Part shown: piece by piece, positions 1 through 14,211 of the stretch
Layout: each line of letters opens with the position of its first letter
How positions within the stretch are numbered: position 1 is the first letter of the stretch
Assembly (NCBI RefSeq): GCF_009914755.1
Contig: NC_060925.1
Source of the DNA: the human T2T-CHM13v2.0 reference genome, Homo sapiens
Reading direction: 5' to 3' (one strand)
DNA: 64,000 nucleotides
The notes under the pieces: model-generated
Databases searched by the model: none
The model's input: the letters and a program-made list of their open reading frames with translations, nothing else
What the model was told of the DNA's origin: nothing
Translations under genes and position numbers: made by a program

Positions 1-249
1 GACTTACACTAGTCGTTTGCCAGGGGCTTTCAGGCCTTTGGCCACAGACCGAAGGCTGCAATATCGGCTTCCCTACTTTTGAGCTTTGGGACTCAGACTA
101 ATCCACTCCTGGTTTCCTTGCTCCGCAACTTACAGACGGCCTATCATGTGACTTTACCTTGTGATCGTGTGAATCAGTTCTCCTTATAAACTCCCTTTCA
201 TGTATACATATATCCTATTAGTTCTGACTCTCTAGAGAACCCTAATATA
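1..249 (+). mobile_element. 3' part of an MLT2A-type (ERVL) LTR, cut by the window edge and abutting/inserted in L1
   Basis: Matches recalled MLT2A sequence (gaaggctgca..cggcttccctacttttgag, cagacggcctat, ttgtgatcgtgtga) and ends ctctagagaaccctaatata. Confidence 0.85.
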
Positions 250-3200
250 TTCCATATTTTTCTATTGTGTATAATGCTGAAGTAAATAAACAAGTGCAAG
301 TATCTTTTTATATATTGATTTATTTCCCTTTGGGTAGATACCCAGTAGTGGGATTACTGAATCAAATGGTATTTCTATTTTTAACTCTATGAAGAATCTC
401 CATACTGTTTTCCATAGAAGTTGTACTAATTTGTATTTCCACCAAATGTGTTTAAGAGTCCCCTTTTCTCTGCATCCTTGCCAACATTTATCTTTTTCAA
501 TCTTTTTTAACAACATCCATGCTGATTAGGATAAGATGATATCTCATTATGGTTTTGATTTGCAGTTCTCTAATGATTAGTAATTTGAGCATTTCTTCAT
601 ATACCTGTTAGCCATTTGTATGTCTTCTTTTGAAAAATGTCTATTCAAGACATTTGCCCACATTTTAATGGAGGTTTTATAAATTTTGGATTTTTGTTGT
701 TGTTGTTATTTGAGTTCCTTGTATATCCTGGATATTAGTACCCTGTCAAATGAATATTTTGCAATTTTTTTTCCTAACAGGTTGTGTCTTCACTCTATTT
801 ATTTTGCTGTGTAGCAGCTTTTTTGTTTAAGTCCCATTTGTCTACTTCTCTTTTTGTTGCCTGTGCTTTTGACATCTTAATAATAATTTTTTTGCATACA
901 CCAATGTCCAGAAGAATTTTCATTATGTTTTCTTCTACTATTTTTATAGTTTGGGGTCTTACATTTAAGTCTTTAATCCATCTTGAGTTGATTTTTTGTA
1001 TGGTGAGAGAGTTCGTTTCATTCTTCTGCATGTGACTATCCAATTTTCCCAGTACAATTTATTGAAGACAGTCTTCTTTTCCCAGTGTATGTTCTTGTTG
1101 GCTTTGTCAAAGATCAGTTGGCTGTAAATATTTCTGAGTTCCTTATTCTGTTCCATTAAGCTATGTGTCTGTTTTACACCAGTGCCATGCTGTTTTGGTT
1201 ACTATAGCCTTATAATATAAAATCAGATAATGTGATGCTTTTCACTTTTTTTTTCTTTTTGCTCAGGATTGCTATGGCTATATGAGCTCTTTTTTGGTTC
1301 CATATGAATTTTAGGATTTTGTTCTAATTCTGTGAAAAATGACATTGGCATTGTGATAGGGATTGCATTGACTCTAGATTAGTTTGGTCAGTATGGTCAT
1401 TTTAATGATATTTATTCTTTTGATCTATGAACATGAGATGTTTTCCCGTTCATTGGTGTCATTTTCAATTTCTTTCAGCAGTGTTTTATAGTTTTCCTCA
1501 TAGAGATAGGTCACCCCTCTGGTTAAATTTATTCCTAGGTATTTTATTTTCTTTGTTCCTCTTGTAAATGAGATTGCCTTCTTGATTTCTTTCTCAGCTA
1601 GATCATTATTGGTACATAGAAACATTACAGATTTTTTACATTCATTTTGTAACCTGCATCTTTACTGAATTCATTTATGAAAGCTAAGAGTTTTTCGGTG
1701 AAGTCTTTAGGTTTTTATAGCTATAAGATTATGTCATTAGTAAACAGAGATACTTTGGCTTCCTCTTTTCTAATTTAGATGCCTTTTATTTCTTTCTCTT
1801 GACTGAGCTCTAGCTAGGACCTCCAGTACTATGTTGAATAGGAGGAATAAAAGAGGGCATCTTTTTCTTGTTCCAATTCTTAAAGGAAATAAATACTTTC
1901 CATTTTCCCCACTCAACACCCATTTTCCCACACCCAACAACTATAATGTTGGCTGTAGGTTTGTCAAATATGGTCTTTATTGTTTTGAGGTTATGTTCCT
2001 TCTATGCCTAATTTGTTGAGGGTTTTTATCATGAAAGAATGTTAAATTTTATTAAAAGTTTTTTCTGCATCTACTCAGATGATCATTTAGGTTTTTCCCT
2101 TTATTCTGTTTACGTGATGTATTACAGTTACTATTTGCATATTTGAACTATCTTTGCATCCCTGGTATAAAATCCACTTGATCACATTGTATGATCTATC
2201 CCATAAGCTGTTGGACTCAGTTTGCTATTATTTTGTTGAGGATTTTTGCATCAATGTTAATCAGTGATATTGGTCTGTGGTTTTCTTATTTTGTTATGTC
2301 CTTGTCTGGTTTTGGTAATCAGGGTAATACTGGCCTCATAGAATGAATTAGGGGAAATTCCTTCCTCCTTAACGTTTTGGAGTAGTTTCAGGAGGATTGA
2401 TATCAGTTTTTCTTTGTGTGTTTGGTAGAATTTGGCTGTGAATCTATCTAGTCCTGGGCTTCTCTTTGTTGGGAGATATTTTTATTACTAATTCAATCTT
2501 TTTACTTATTGGTCTGCTCATGTTTTCTATTTTTTCCTCATTCAGTCTTGTTAGGTTGTATATTTCCAGAAATTTACTTATTTCTGGATTTTCTAGTTGT
2601 TCTTAACAGTCTCTGATGATCTTTTGTATTTCTGTGTTAAGTATAATGTGTCCATTTTCAGTTCTGATTTTTGTTTATTTAGGTGTTCTCTGTTTTCTTG
2701 GTTAGTCCATTTAGCAGTTTATCAATTTTATTTACCTTTTTGAAGAGTCACTTTTTGTTTTGTTGATCTCTTGTATTGTTTTCTTATTCTCTATTTCATT
2801 TAGTTCTGCACTGATCTTTGTTATTACTTTTCTTCTGCTAATTTGGGGTTTGGTTTGTTATTGCTTTTCCCATTCCTTAAGGTACACCATTAGATTATTA
2901 ATTTGTAATTGTTCTACATTTTAATGTAAGCATTTAACGTTACAAACTTTCCTCGTAGCACTGCTTTTGCTATATCTCACAGGTTTTAGTATATTTTGTT
3001 TTCATATTAATTTGTTTCAAAAAATTTTTGATTTCAATATTAATTTCTTCATTGACCCAATGGACATTCAGAAACATATTTTATTTCTATGTATATTTAT
3101 AGTTTCACAAGTTCCTCCTGGTATGGATTTCTAGTTTTATTTCATTGTGGTTTGAGAAAATACTTGATATAATTTTGATTTTTAAAATTTGTTGAGCTTT

Positions 3201-5737
3201 GTTTTGTGGCCTAACACATGGCTTATATTGGAGAATGTTTTATGTGCTGATGAAAATAACATATATTCACCAGTTATTGGGTAGAATGTTATGAAATGTC
3301 TATTGGGTCCATTTGGTCTAAAGTCCAGTTTAAGTCCAATGTTTCTTTGTTGATTTTCTGTCTAGATGATTGGTCTAATGATGAAAGTGAGGTGTTAAAT
3401 TCACCCCCTATTATTCTATTGCATTCTATCTCTCTATTTAGGTCTAGTACTATTTGTTTTATGGATCTTGGTGCTCCAGTATCGGGTACATACATATTTA
3501 GAATTGTATATCCTCTTGCTGAATTGACTCATTTATCATTATATAATGACCTTTGTTGTCTTCTTTTTTTTTTTTAACTATGATTGACTTAAAGTGTGTT
3601 TTATATGATATTAGTATAGTTATTCTTGCTTTCTTTTGGTTTCTGTGTGCATGGACTATCTTTTTCTATCCCTTTCCTTTCAATGTTTATGTGCCATTAA
3701 AGATAAAATGAGTTTCTTGTGTGCAGCATATAGCTGAATCTTTTTTTTTTATCTATTGAGTAGAATCTATCTTTTTTAATAAACTTAGGAGAAAATCTAT
3801 ATCTTTTAATTGGAACTTTAATCCATGTGAATTCAAGGTTATTATTGACATGTGAGGTTTTGTTCCTGTCATATTGTTAATTGTTCTCTAGTTGTTTTAT
3901 AAATTATTTGCTTTTTTTCTTTTTCTCTCACTGTTTGTCTTTGTGGTTTGGTGGGATTCTGTAGTGGTGCCATTTGATTTCTTTCTTTTTCTCCTTGGTA
4001 TGATTGTTTTACCAGAAAGTTTTATACTTTTGTGTGCTTTCATGATAGTAAATGTCATTCTTTTGTTTCCACATTTAGAATTTTCTTGACCATATCTTGT
4101 ATGGCTGGTCTAGTGTTGAGGAATTCCTTCAACATTTGCTTGCCTGGGAAGGACTATTTCTCTCTTATTTATGAAAGTTAGTCTTGCTAGACATAGTATT
4201 GGCTGGTAGCTTTTTTCTTTGAGCACTTTGAACACATTATCCCATTCTCTTCTGGCCTGTGAGATTTCTGCTAAGAAGTCTGCTGTCTGATGGGGTTTCC
4301 TTTATAGGTTACTAAAGATTTTTCTTTGACTGTTTTAGAATTTGATTTTTTGTTTTTACTTTAGACAGTCTGATTGTAATGTGCCATGGCTAATGTCTTT
4401 TTGCATACTATTTGGGGATTGATGAGCCTCTTATATCTAGATGTCTAAAGCTTTTGCTAGACTTAGAAAATTTTCATCTATTATTTAATTAAATAAGTTT
4501 TCTAAACCTTTTGATTTCTCTTTGCTCTCAGGGATACTGATAATTTGAAACTCTGGTCACCTTATGTTGTCCCAAATGTCTCTAAAGTTTTGCTTATTTT
4601 TGAAATTCTTTTTTTCCTTTATTCTTATCTTACTGGATTATTTCCAAAGGTCTACCTTCAAGTTCTGAAATTATTCTTCTGTTTGGTCTAGTCTGTTGTT
4701 GAGACTTTCCAATTTATTTTTTATTTCCTTCAATGAATTCTTCCATTACAGATGGTGAGTGCCCCCCAATGGTGAGTGCATGTGCCAGCCATGATAGATG
4801 GGAGTGGGATGATCCTCAGGCCCCTGGCAGAGAGTTCAGGTAAGGGGTAGCACCTGTCATGCTAAAGTCTTGCCACAGGGAGGGTGGGGCTGACCTTAGA
4901 GACCATAGCATTGGCCAGCAGGTAGGAAACATGCATCCCTCTCATGCCTTAGTCCAGTCAGGACTTGCTTCACAGTCCCAGCTATTACAGCAGAACGGGC
5001 TGACCAGTCAGATCCAGCAGATCTACATAGTCTGCAACTAAACCCTGGGACACTGGAGTCACCGTCCAGGTTGGAACCAAGCCTCCATGGCAACTTTCAC
5101 CCTGCTCAAGTCCCAGGGGTGGTGCCTGATTCCCAGCACTGGCATCTGCAGACCATGGCATGCTTGCTTCTCAGTCTTAACTGTGGGCACCCTGCTGGTC
5201 ACCTTATGTTCCAGTTTCACAGGCAACAGCCTGAGTTTCTCTAACACCCAGTACCAGCACTGCAGAGTCCCAAAACAATGCACAATCTTTTAAAGGCTAA
5301 CGTCAAAAATGGCATCTTGTGGTAGCTGCTTAAGTCTCAGGAAAGGCATAGACCTAGAGCAAGCTGCCTCCTTAATGGAGTCCCTTCTCACACTCTCCTG
5401 GTGGCTTCCTAAGTTAGATTCAGAACTTGGGAGGGTCAAGGTGCTCTTGTGGCCTGTATTGTACAATTCCCCTGTGGGAAAGTGGACCACACAGAAAATC
5501 TCTCACTCACCCTCTCCCCATATTGTGGAGGAGTCTCTCCCAGCTCCCAGCCAGGCCCAATCAAGCAGGCTACCTCTTTTCCTTCTACTTCCTAGTTTCT
5601 GGTGTTTCCTGTAATTTTTCTGTTGACTTCCTATGTTCTCTCTTGGATAATGTCCTCAAAGTATAATTGTCTACACACTATTTTCGTTCTTCTAAGTAGA
5701 TGAGGCAGCATGTAATGTTTCTAGTCAGCAACCTTGA
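250..5737 (-). mobile_element. Near full-length degenerate LINE-1 (L1PB/L1MA age): ORF2, ORF1 remnant and 5' UTR
   Basis: Minus-strand ORF fragments are L1 ORF2 peptides ([60 protein letters not shown], endonuclease-like YVPDTGAPRSIKQ..IIGGEFNTSLS); GC-richer 5' UTR at ~4750-5737; many stops and frameshifts. Confidence 0.93.
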
Positions 5738-5909
5738 AAAAGAAAACTGATTGCTCTAATTCTTATCCTAACTGCCGTCTCTTTCATTTTCTTGAAGCTA
5801 CACACACTCTGATCCCCTCAAAAATTTTTGTTTATATCCTTTCCGAGGAAGTATGTAATATAGCCTTTTAATATTTCTTAGCATGTTGATCAACCATCTT
5901 TTCTCCCAT

Positions 5910-5995
5910 TAAATTATAAGCTTCCCGAGGGCGAAGAAAGCATGGTCTTACTTATTTTTGCATCTTCTGCTAGCTAGCATATTGCCATGCTATCT
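5910..5995 (+). mobile_element. L2 3'-end fragment
   Basis: taagcttcccgagggc..ggtcttacttatttttgcatc..ctagcata resembles the L2 terminus. Confidence 0.55.
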
Positions 5996-6611
5996 ACACA
6001 GAGAGAGTTAAAGTTGGCAGCTTCAAGAATATACGCCAGCTTTATTTTCTCTTCTCCCTTTAACCTCATTGTTGTTGGCTGTGTTGAGCAGAGTGAATCA
6101 TACAGCAAAGCCATAAGAGTCTGCAAGGAATTAGTATTCTGACATCTGGGAGAGACATGGAGAATCAGATTTCAGAATCCCCAGACATAAAAGTAATCAA
6201 TGAATTCTGAGTTGGTGAACTAATAAGTGAGTCTCTGTGGGAATCAGTGTAAAGTCTGATTAAAGCTGCCAGCTCTGTCCTTCAAAAATATCTACAGCCA
6301 TCTTCAAGTGTAAAACAAAAAGTTTGCTAAGGCTTAGGAAAAAAAACGAATGATGCGCCATCTGAAGCTCCTCTTGGTATGTTCTCCATAATTTGCTATG
6401 GGGTCATTAGGAGGCAAGGTTTCTAGTCTATTCTCTGACACCCATTCACTGTGAGATTTAGACATGAAATTAAGGTCCTTAGGTACTATATTCCCAATGT
6501 CCTCAGTTGACTTTTTAAGGGCCCAATTTTGTGAAGGATTTACTCTGTTGACTTAAAAAAAAACCATTCAACAAACTTCTTTGAACTCCTATGAAAGATG
6601 TCATAGTCTAA

Positions 6612-6850
6612 TTCAGTGGTTAAAAATATGAGCTTTTGTATCAGATTGCATGGGTTCAAATCTCAACCCCACCTTTATTCATTATGTGAACTTGTGCAAT
6701 TTACTTTCTATACTTCAGAGGGCTGACTTGTAAAGTGGGCTTAATAAAAGACCTGATGATTATCATGAGGATTAAAAGTTGTGTCATGAAAAGTACATAG
6801 AATAGTGTTTGAGATATTATAAGAGATCAGTAAATGTCAACTATTATTAC
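6612..6850 (+). mobile_element. MIR SINE
   Basis: agtggttaa..gggttcaaatctc..tgtgaacttgtgcaa..tgtaaagtggg..gaggattaaa..taaatgtcaactattatt. Confidence 0.8.
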
Positions 6851-7371
6851 ATATCTGGGAGGAACTCCCAGAGTATGTGGCCTATGGCTTATAATCAGGA
6901 GATAAACAGGACACAGCTCCTCTCCCAAAAGTGCAAGATCACAGATTAATGGCAAAGAGCTCAGAAAAGAAAACTAACAATTACGCTGTAGGGCAATAGT
7001 ACCACACACAGGGTCTCAAAAGAGCACCAATTAGGGGCACCAGATTCCACTTTATAAAGGTCAACAATTTTTTCTAAGAGGAGCAGCCACTTGGTTCTTG
7101 AAGGACACATTGGTATAATCCTGGCATGAGAGAGGGAAGGTAATTATTGACAAGAGACTGGTTTCAGTATAGAAGACTAGAGGTTTTACAAGTTGCTCTG
7201 CCTTTAGGGAACTGCCCTAAAGTGGTTTTAGTATGAATTTCTGTACTATAATCCCCCATCTGTAAAAAGGACTTCATAATCCTTGACTAACAGCACTGAG
7301 ATTGCTTAAATGTTAATGAGAAATGTATTTATAAACAATAATGGAGTAATGCATCTTTTAGAACAAATAGA

Positions 7372-7560
7372 AATTTAGGAATTAAACAGATCTGAGTTCA
7401 AATTAAGGCTCATGTCTATGAATTTGAGCTAGTTGTCTAACCTGTTGAGGCCTCATTCTTCACTGATAAAAATCAGACATAATAATACCTACCTTGTGAG
7501 CTATATGAAATCACTGGTGAGAACACTTAGCACGTAGGGGTAGCTGTGTAATGATTAGCT
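7372..7560 (+). mobile_element. MIR SINE
   Basis: agatctgagttcaaat..gcctcattcttcactgataaaaat..aataatacctacctt. Confidence 0.7.
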
Positions 7561-7744
7561 TTGTTTTTTCCTGTCGAAAGCTTTCAAAAGAAAGATTATT
7601 TCAAATTGCAAATGAGTTGTAAAGATTGTTTATCAATGCAGTCATTTATCTCATCTTAGTAATAACTACTTAAAAATAGGTTTCCCAGAGATCTTTTCTA
7701 GTATTTCAATCACAGAGCTTGGAATTTAATAGAGAGAATTTAAA

Positions 7745-7816
7745 GGAGAAAATGAGAGGAGGAGGAGGAGGAAGTGAAAGAGAAGAGAAAAGGAGAGAAG
7801 GAGGAGGAAAAAAAAG
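7745..7816 (+). repeat. GA-rich low-complexity tract with (GGA)n
   Basis: Seen directly. Confidence 0.85.
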
Positions 7817-10597
7817 ACAAAGTATTTTGAATCAACACATCTTATTCAACTGCTGCTTAAGAGATCACTTTTCCTGACATTGTTATCACCTGGTGGTAAT
7901 ATCAAATATTATTCAGTTTTTTAAGTTCTTCCAGATCTGCATTGATTCTAATCAAAATAGATCCCTTCTCCATTTAGATCACCTACTCCTTGCTTTTAGG
8001 AAGTTTTGAAGCCAAGCATCTGATAGAGCAAGCACCAAGCTCTTTCACAAATACACGTTTCCCATGAAGAGGAAAACATGACATAAACCTAGAGAAGCTG
8101 CAAAACATATTACATTTAGTTTAGCGGCCCTGCCCTATTTTCTGGCACCCTAATACACAGAATCTCCTAGACCTGTCTATACTTTTTGGGACTTTGAAGC
8201 AGTGCACAACTCTCTGTGTCCCTTTAAATACAGTATTATTCCTATTGTAATGAAGTTAATTGCTAAAATAGAAGTGGTAGACAGCCCAGCTGTAATCTGC
8301 TATCTTACTAAAGGAAGCCAGTTTCAGGAATATCTCTCAATGGCTTAAGCATTATATTTCATTTCTCTTCTTCTATCCAGTCCATAGACAGTAATTCTCC
8401 CAAGCCATGCCAGGAAACGTTGGTATCACAAGATTGCAGGCTCAGCTGCAGGAACTTGCTACAATACCTTCATTTTTATCATAGCAGTGATTTTACAGCC
8501 CTTCTTTTCCTGGAAGTGTATGCACATTCACAGTGTGTGCTTAGTTAAAAATAATTGTGGAATGAGCTAAAGTAGAGAAAGTAGAAGGTGTGATTTGCAT
8601 GCACAGAATTCTTCTAGGAAGCATCAAAACTTGTGGACTAAGGATGTACTCCCTCTATCGAATGTTCCTCTTCATGCTAGTGCAATAAACTGGAAAATGC
8701 AATAATCTTACTTTTGAGAGTAATAATAATGATAACAAACTACATATTTTTTAAATGAGAAAAGCTATGGCTCAATCTTTTTCTTTGTAATTTTCCTTCT
8801 TTGGCTTCTAGTCAGTTTTCTGACTAGTCTCAGTGGCAGACAATTAACAAAAAGTACTTTCTATTCTGATGAGATATCACTGTAGTGAAAAATACAAGGA
8901 GAGGTGAAAAGTGTTAGACAGTGTTGGGCTAGTAGAGTGAATTGCTGCAGAGATAGCAGCTCAGGCAGCTCGTTATTATGAAATGTCCCTGGGTGTGATA
9001 TAATAGTCAAACAAAGGATATTCCTTTTCTTTCTTAATTAACAACTTGAAGATAAATAATTTTCCTCTTAAGCTCAAATCAGGATCAAGCAAAAACCCCT
9101 GTGTCCTTTGACTTCCCAAAGCTGCTGCATGAAGCGTCACAGCCGTTTTTTAAAAACCTCCTTCTGATTTATTAACTTAAGATAAATGGCTTTGCTATCA
9201 TAACCTGTCAGTGCCATGCAATGAAAAGGAAATCAGTGGTGGTAACTGTGTGCAAAGCTGCTCAGCGTAGCTAGACTCAAACATTGGAGTCAAACCTTCA
9301 ATAATTCTACCACCTCTCCCTACAGAAAATGATCCACTGGCAAGTTTCTCATTCATTAACTTTCTAAAGACGTCTGTCCTTGCAGAATCTCCAATTCAGT
9401 TGAACATGATGTATGAAATCCTGCCCACCTCATGCACAAAGAGCAGGAAAAAAATGTAGTGCTTATTGAAGACAGCAATATTGTATATGGAAGCTTCAGC
9501 AGACTCAACTGTAAAAGTTGCCCACTCGGGAAGATCCAAGGGAAAGGAGTTTCTATCTCTCCATTTTTAATTCTTCAAATTTGGCTCATTGCTCTTGCCT
9601 GTGAATTACCTTCTGAGGCAACCAATGAGGCAAAACTTGTTAGTAATTGCAATAATAAAAAATGAACAAATTTCCCAATATAACAAATGTTTTATTTCTA
9701 AGATAGCAAGCACTTTATGTCAAGCCTCCTCCTCTTTTGTCAATACACTTGGAACACATTTATATACAGTGACTCATCAATGCATGTGCCAATCTTTTCT
9801 TGGTTCAGCAGAAAAAAATCAAAAGCCAGAGGGCACATAGGAAAAAATATGTGATTTTGTTGGAATTCTCATTCAGATACATAGATGATCCTGTAAGCCC
9901 GTGGATGTCATTTACAACATTTATAAGGACATTTATAATAACACCATCTCAATAGCGTGTGTGTGAAGATTTCTTCACTTACTGGAAAACTTGATTCTTT
10001 TTCTTGTTTTGTTCACAAATGGATATTAGGATGTATTATCTATAAAAGTGGACTGCCAGACTGAACAAGACTTTATTTTTTTCCTTACCATCTGCAGTTT
10101 CTGAGGTCATCAGAGAAGATTTGCCAGAGGCTTTCGCTTACCCAAGGGAAGTAATGTTAAAGGGTCATGTGTTTTTCTGAAGCAAAGTATCGCTTTTACA
10201 GAGAAATGGCTGCTACCTAGGGCCAGTGCCTTCACAGTGAGTGCCAATGTGTTTCACAGTCCATGCTCACCTCTGGTAATTTCCAAAATCTGTCATCAAA
10301 ATGATCCAGATCATGAACTCAGAGAGAAACAACCCATACTGGCTTGTCTGACCTCCCTGATAGTCTATCAACGAGATTGATTCTATCTCAGTCTTACGGA
10401 TGCAATTCTTCATATCCAAAAGATACTGCCATTTGTAGCACTTGTTCTAAGGCAGCAAAAGCAGCAGGAAGGACCAATTCTACCTACAGCACAGGATTCC
10501 AGAGATGTCTTGATTTTTATTAATGTTGGTTTCAATGGATGTTCCCCAGGTTTGTAATGAGATTTTAATATTGAGAAAATCTCTGTCTTTGGCTCCT

Positions 10598-10683
10598 AGT
10601 TGAGTCAATAGCATGACTCAACTTGCTTTTTTCATGAGTCTGTCCTTAGTAGCAGTGCAATAAGTGACAAGTTACTTGACTCA
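10598..10683. promoter_or_regulatory. AP-1 site cluster
   Basis: TGAGTCA 10601-10607, TGACTCA 10614-10620 and 10677-10683. Confidence 0.4.
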
Positions 10684-10884
10684 TCTAAGGTCCACATTCG
10701 TCTTCTGTTAAACATGGGAGGTGTTTGTGTGAACTGAATAAAGCAATGTGTGAAAAGGTATTTGGAAGACTATGTAACGCTTTATAAATGGCAGGTATTG
10801 TATATGTTTATTTGAAATAAATTAATACATGCTTCACAATTAGGCTAGCCATAGTACTGATTAGCATGCTAGGAATAGTATAAT

Positions 10885-11135
10885 GATTAGCTCAGGTTAA
10901 GAGCACTCTCTGGAGTCAGACTGCCTGGATTCAAATCCTGGCTCCTCCACTTGAGCTGGGTGACCTTGAAAATGTTCTTAACCTCTGTGTCAGTCTTCTC
11001 AGCTGTAAAGTGGTGCTAATTAAAGTGCCTATCTCAAAGAGCGGTTTAGAGGACTTAATAGTTGATAGATCTAAAGTACTTAGAACATTTCCTGGCATAG
11101 AGTAAGTGCTCATGAAATATTAGCTATTATCATCA
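10885..11135 (+). mobile_element. Near full-length MIR SINE
   Basis: ggttaagagc..tggagtcagactgcctggattcaaatcctggctc..gtgaccttg..cttagaaca..cctggcatagagtaagtgctca. Confidence 0.9.
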
Positions 11136-11252
11136 TAATCGTCATCATCTGAGGTAAAATTTGAACTATGAAAATAAGTGATGAAGCTATTTGTAAGAGA
11201 GGACTGCTTTTACCTTGGAGTTTATTCTTTTATGCTTTTGGAAACCAAGTAA

Positions 11253-11559
<307 letters not shown>

Positions 11560-13870
11560 ACATTACTATTACATTTATTTGAAAATTATTCAAGCATTAT
11601 GCCCACATGAGATGCGTGAGGCTTAAATGTGAGTGTTGTCAACTGTAACAAAACTCCAGTATATTTGTTTCAAATAATATAAATCTCTTTATTTTCAAAA
11701 CAAACTAACTAGCTGAAATAGAAGCCTCCTGTAAGCCTATGTCCCCTAGTCAAATTCTTTACTTCAGCAAGACTAATCTATGAAGAATTTAGGCATTTGG
11801 AACCTCTACCTCTGAACTTGTACTTTACAGTTAAAACAATGTGACTTCCTTTGGCATTTAAATCTTTATGATAATTTTCAGTAAATATTATCCCTGAATA
11901 ATTATTATGTGGTTTTTTTCAACATCTATAATTACCCAATTTGGAAATAAGTTAGAGATTCTCCCTAGCCCAAGTTGAACTTAAATTGACCAAATTTATG
12001 AATGTCATTTCTTCATATCACTACGATTCAACCAAGACAGTTTGGAGAAGCAATCTGAAATATGTTTTCACTCCTCCTGGTAAATGAATGAGATAGAAAA
12101 CTAACCTGACTTTTAAAATCATGTTTTAAAGACTACATAGAGCTCAAAATGTCCATGGTGTGGCATTAAATGAAAAAATAAATCAAGTAAAATAATATTG
12201 TAATATTTAAAAAGCACTTTAATATAAAAAGTTCTTATGCTAGATATGAAAATGATAGTAAAATGAGAGCAGGGATCAATTAATTCTAAGGTATGGATTA
12301 TTTTCATATTTTTCCTTACACATAAGGACGTATGTGACAATAATTTTAAATTTTCCTTTAAGCAATATAAATTATTATTATTATCTGGAATAGAAAACAG
12401 ACAGCAACAATATGACAACAATGAAATATTTTTCAGGTTTGGTTATGCTAAGTAGAAGATACAGATTTGTAATGCCTAAATTCTCACACTTCTAATCCTA
12501 CAGTCCAATTATTCTGGTAAGTGAAGAAGAGTATTTAGCATAAACACAGGCTAACCATTCTCTGACAAAAACAATGTAGTCTGAATGAGATTTTCTAATT
12601 AACCAGGCATTTGCTACAATGTGCTCTGAAGAAATGGATTGGAAATAAACAAACAAATAAATAAATAAATAATTCCACAGGAGGAAAAAAATGCGTTCTG
12701 AAAGGATCAGGATTTTCAAAGGTAGGTTATTGGGGAAAGGCTGTTTGGAGTTTGAGGGAAGTTTTCTGGTATTATTTGAATACAGAAGAGAAAAAAAGTG
12801 AGAAGGTGAAATGTATTGCTTTAGAGAATTAAGTTAAGAGTTCTATAAAAATAACCAGAGATAGACTTAGCCTGCCTCAGTGTTCCATGCTTTCCACTCC
12901 TTACATTCCCTAATCTTGCTTAATACTAACATGCATTTCTAAGCCATGAGATGCTTGAATGCCCCCAGCCCAGAAGTCCTTCTTTTCTCTGCCTTGACTG
13001 CAGGGGCTGACTCTGCTTATATGTTCCACTCTGCCAGGTCTGCCCTATACCTCCTTTTAGATGCACAAAGAGCCACTGAGGATCACTCTTAGAGAGCAGA
13101 AAAACCTTCATTTTTACACTCTTTACTAGGCTCTGCCAGGTGCCCTGGGTATTGGAAAGTTTCAGATAATAGAAATTATGAGCCATAATAGGTGCACTGT
13201 ACACCTGGGAGCAAAAATGTGATATCAGTGATTTGACATGTGAAAGGGAGGGAAGAAAACCAATGCCATTACGTTAGTCTCTTTATTCATCTTATTTGTT
13301 GAGTTCCCACTATATAATATTGTGGTAGGTAGAGAAAAGAATATAAGATGCACAAGACAGTTCTACTTGTGATAAGGCAGAGTAGTCTCCCAAAAGCCAA
13401 ATCTTCTCATAGATAACTATAAACTCTGGACAAAAATACAAACAACAACAACAACAACAAAACACTATCTGGGGGCTCTGGAAAGTAAGCAAAAACAATA
13501 AATTTGAAGAGGAGGAAACATTTTTAAAAGAGATGGCACAGAGAGTGCCTCCCATCTCTATGGCTTTAGCCTGAGTGTGGTCTGATGCCACAGTGTGGCT
13601 TGATTGTGGGTGCTGAAGCTCCCTTGGAAACCAGCCATCTTTCTCACTTGAAAAGGACCCAGCTTGGGGAAGCTCCAGCTGCTGACAAATGCTAGGCTAT
13701 CCTAAAAAGGAGAGAAATGGAGCAGAACAGGGCCAGTGTCTGTGTGTAAAGCCTACTAAAGGTCCTGAACCAGGGTCCTGCGTGATCAGACAGACTGCAG
13801 GCAGCCTAGCTAACAAAAAAATAAAAAGGAAATTGTATTAGTCTCTTTTCACACTGCTATAAAGAAATGC

Positions 13871-14000
13871 ATGCATGCAGGGCTTAAAACCTAGATGACA
13901 GGTTTATAGGTGCAGCAAACCACCATGGCACATGTATACCTGTGTTAACAAACCTGCATATTCTGCACATGTATCCCAGAACTTAAAGTATAATGAAAAA
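13871..14000 (+). mobile_element. 5'-truncated L1PA (PA7/8-like) 3' end
   Basis: gggcttaaaacctagatgac..gtgcagcaaaccaccatggcacatgtatacct..ctgcacatgtatcccagaacttaaagta followed by A-rich tail. Confidence 0.9.
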
Positions 14001-14005
14001 AAGAA

Positions 14006-14038
<33 letters not shown>

Positions 14039-14078
14039 GAAAGAAAGAAAGAGAGAAGGAAGGAAGGAAGGAGAGACA

Positions 14079-14130
<52 letters not shown>

Positions 14131-14211
14131 AAGAAAGAAAGAAAGAAGGAAACAAAGAAAAAGAAAGGAAGGAAGGAAGGAAGCAAGGGAAGGAAGGAAA
14201 GGAAGGAAAGG
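13995..14211 (+). repeat. (GAAA)n/(GGAA)n compound microsatellite derived from the L1 tail
   Basis: Seen directly; explains the K/E/R-rich and F/L/S-rich spurious ORFs. Confidence 0.97.

Noticed and set aside
262-3577. ORFs with reverse-transcriptase/endonuclease-like peptides
   Set aside because: Broken fragments of a dead L1 ORF2, not a gene
10072-10242. Possible plus-strand exon (ctgcag| at 10097 to |gtgagt at 10237)
   Set aside because: Splice-like signals occur on both strands here at chance level, with no recognisable coding frame or partner exon
14057-14210. GGAA repeats as an EWS-FLI1 response element
   Set aside because: Only about 3-4 consecutive GGAA units; the tract is mostly GAAA
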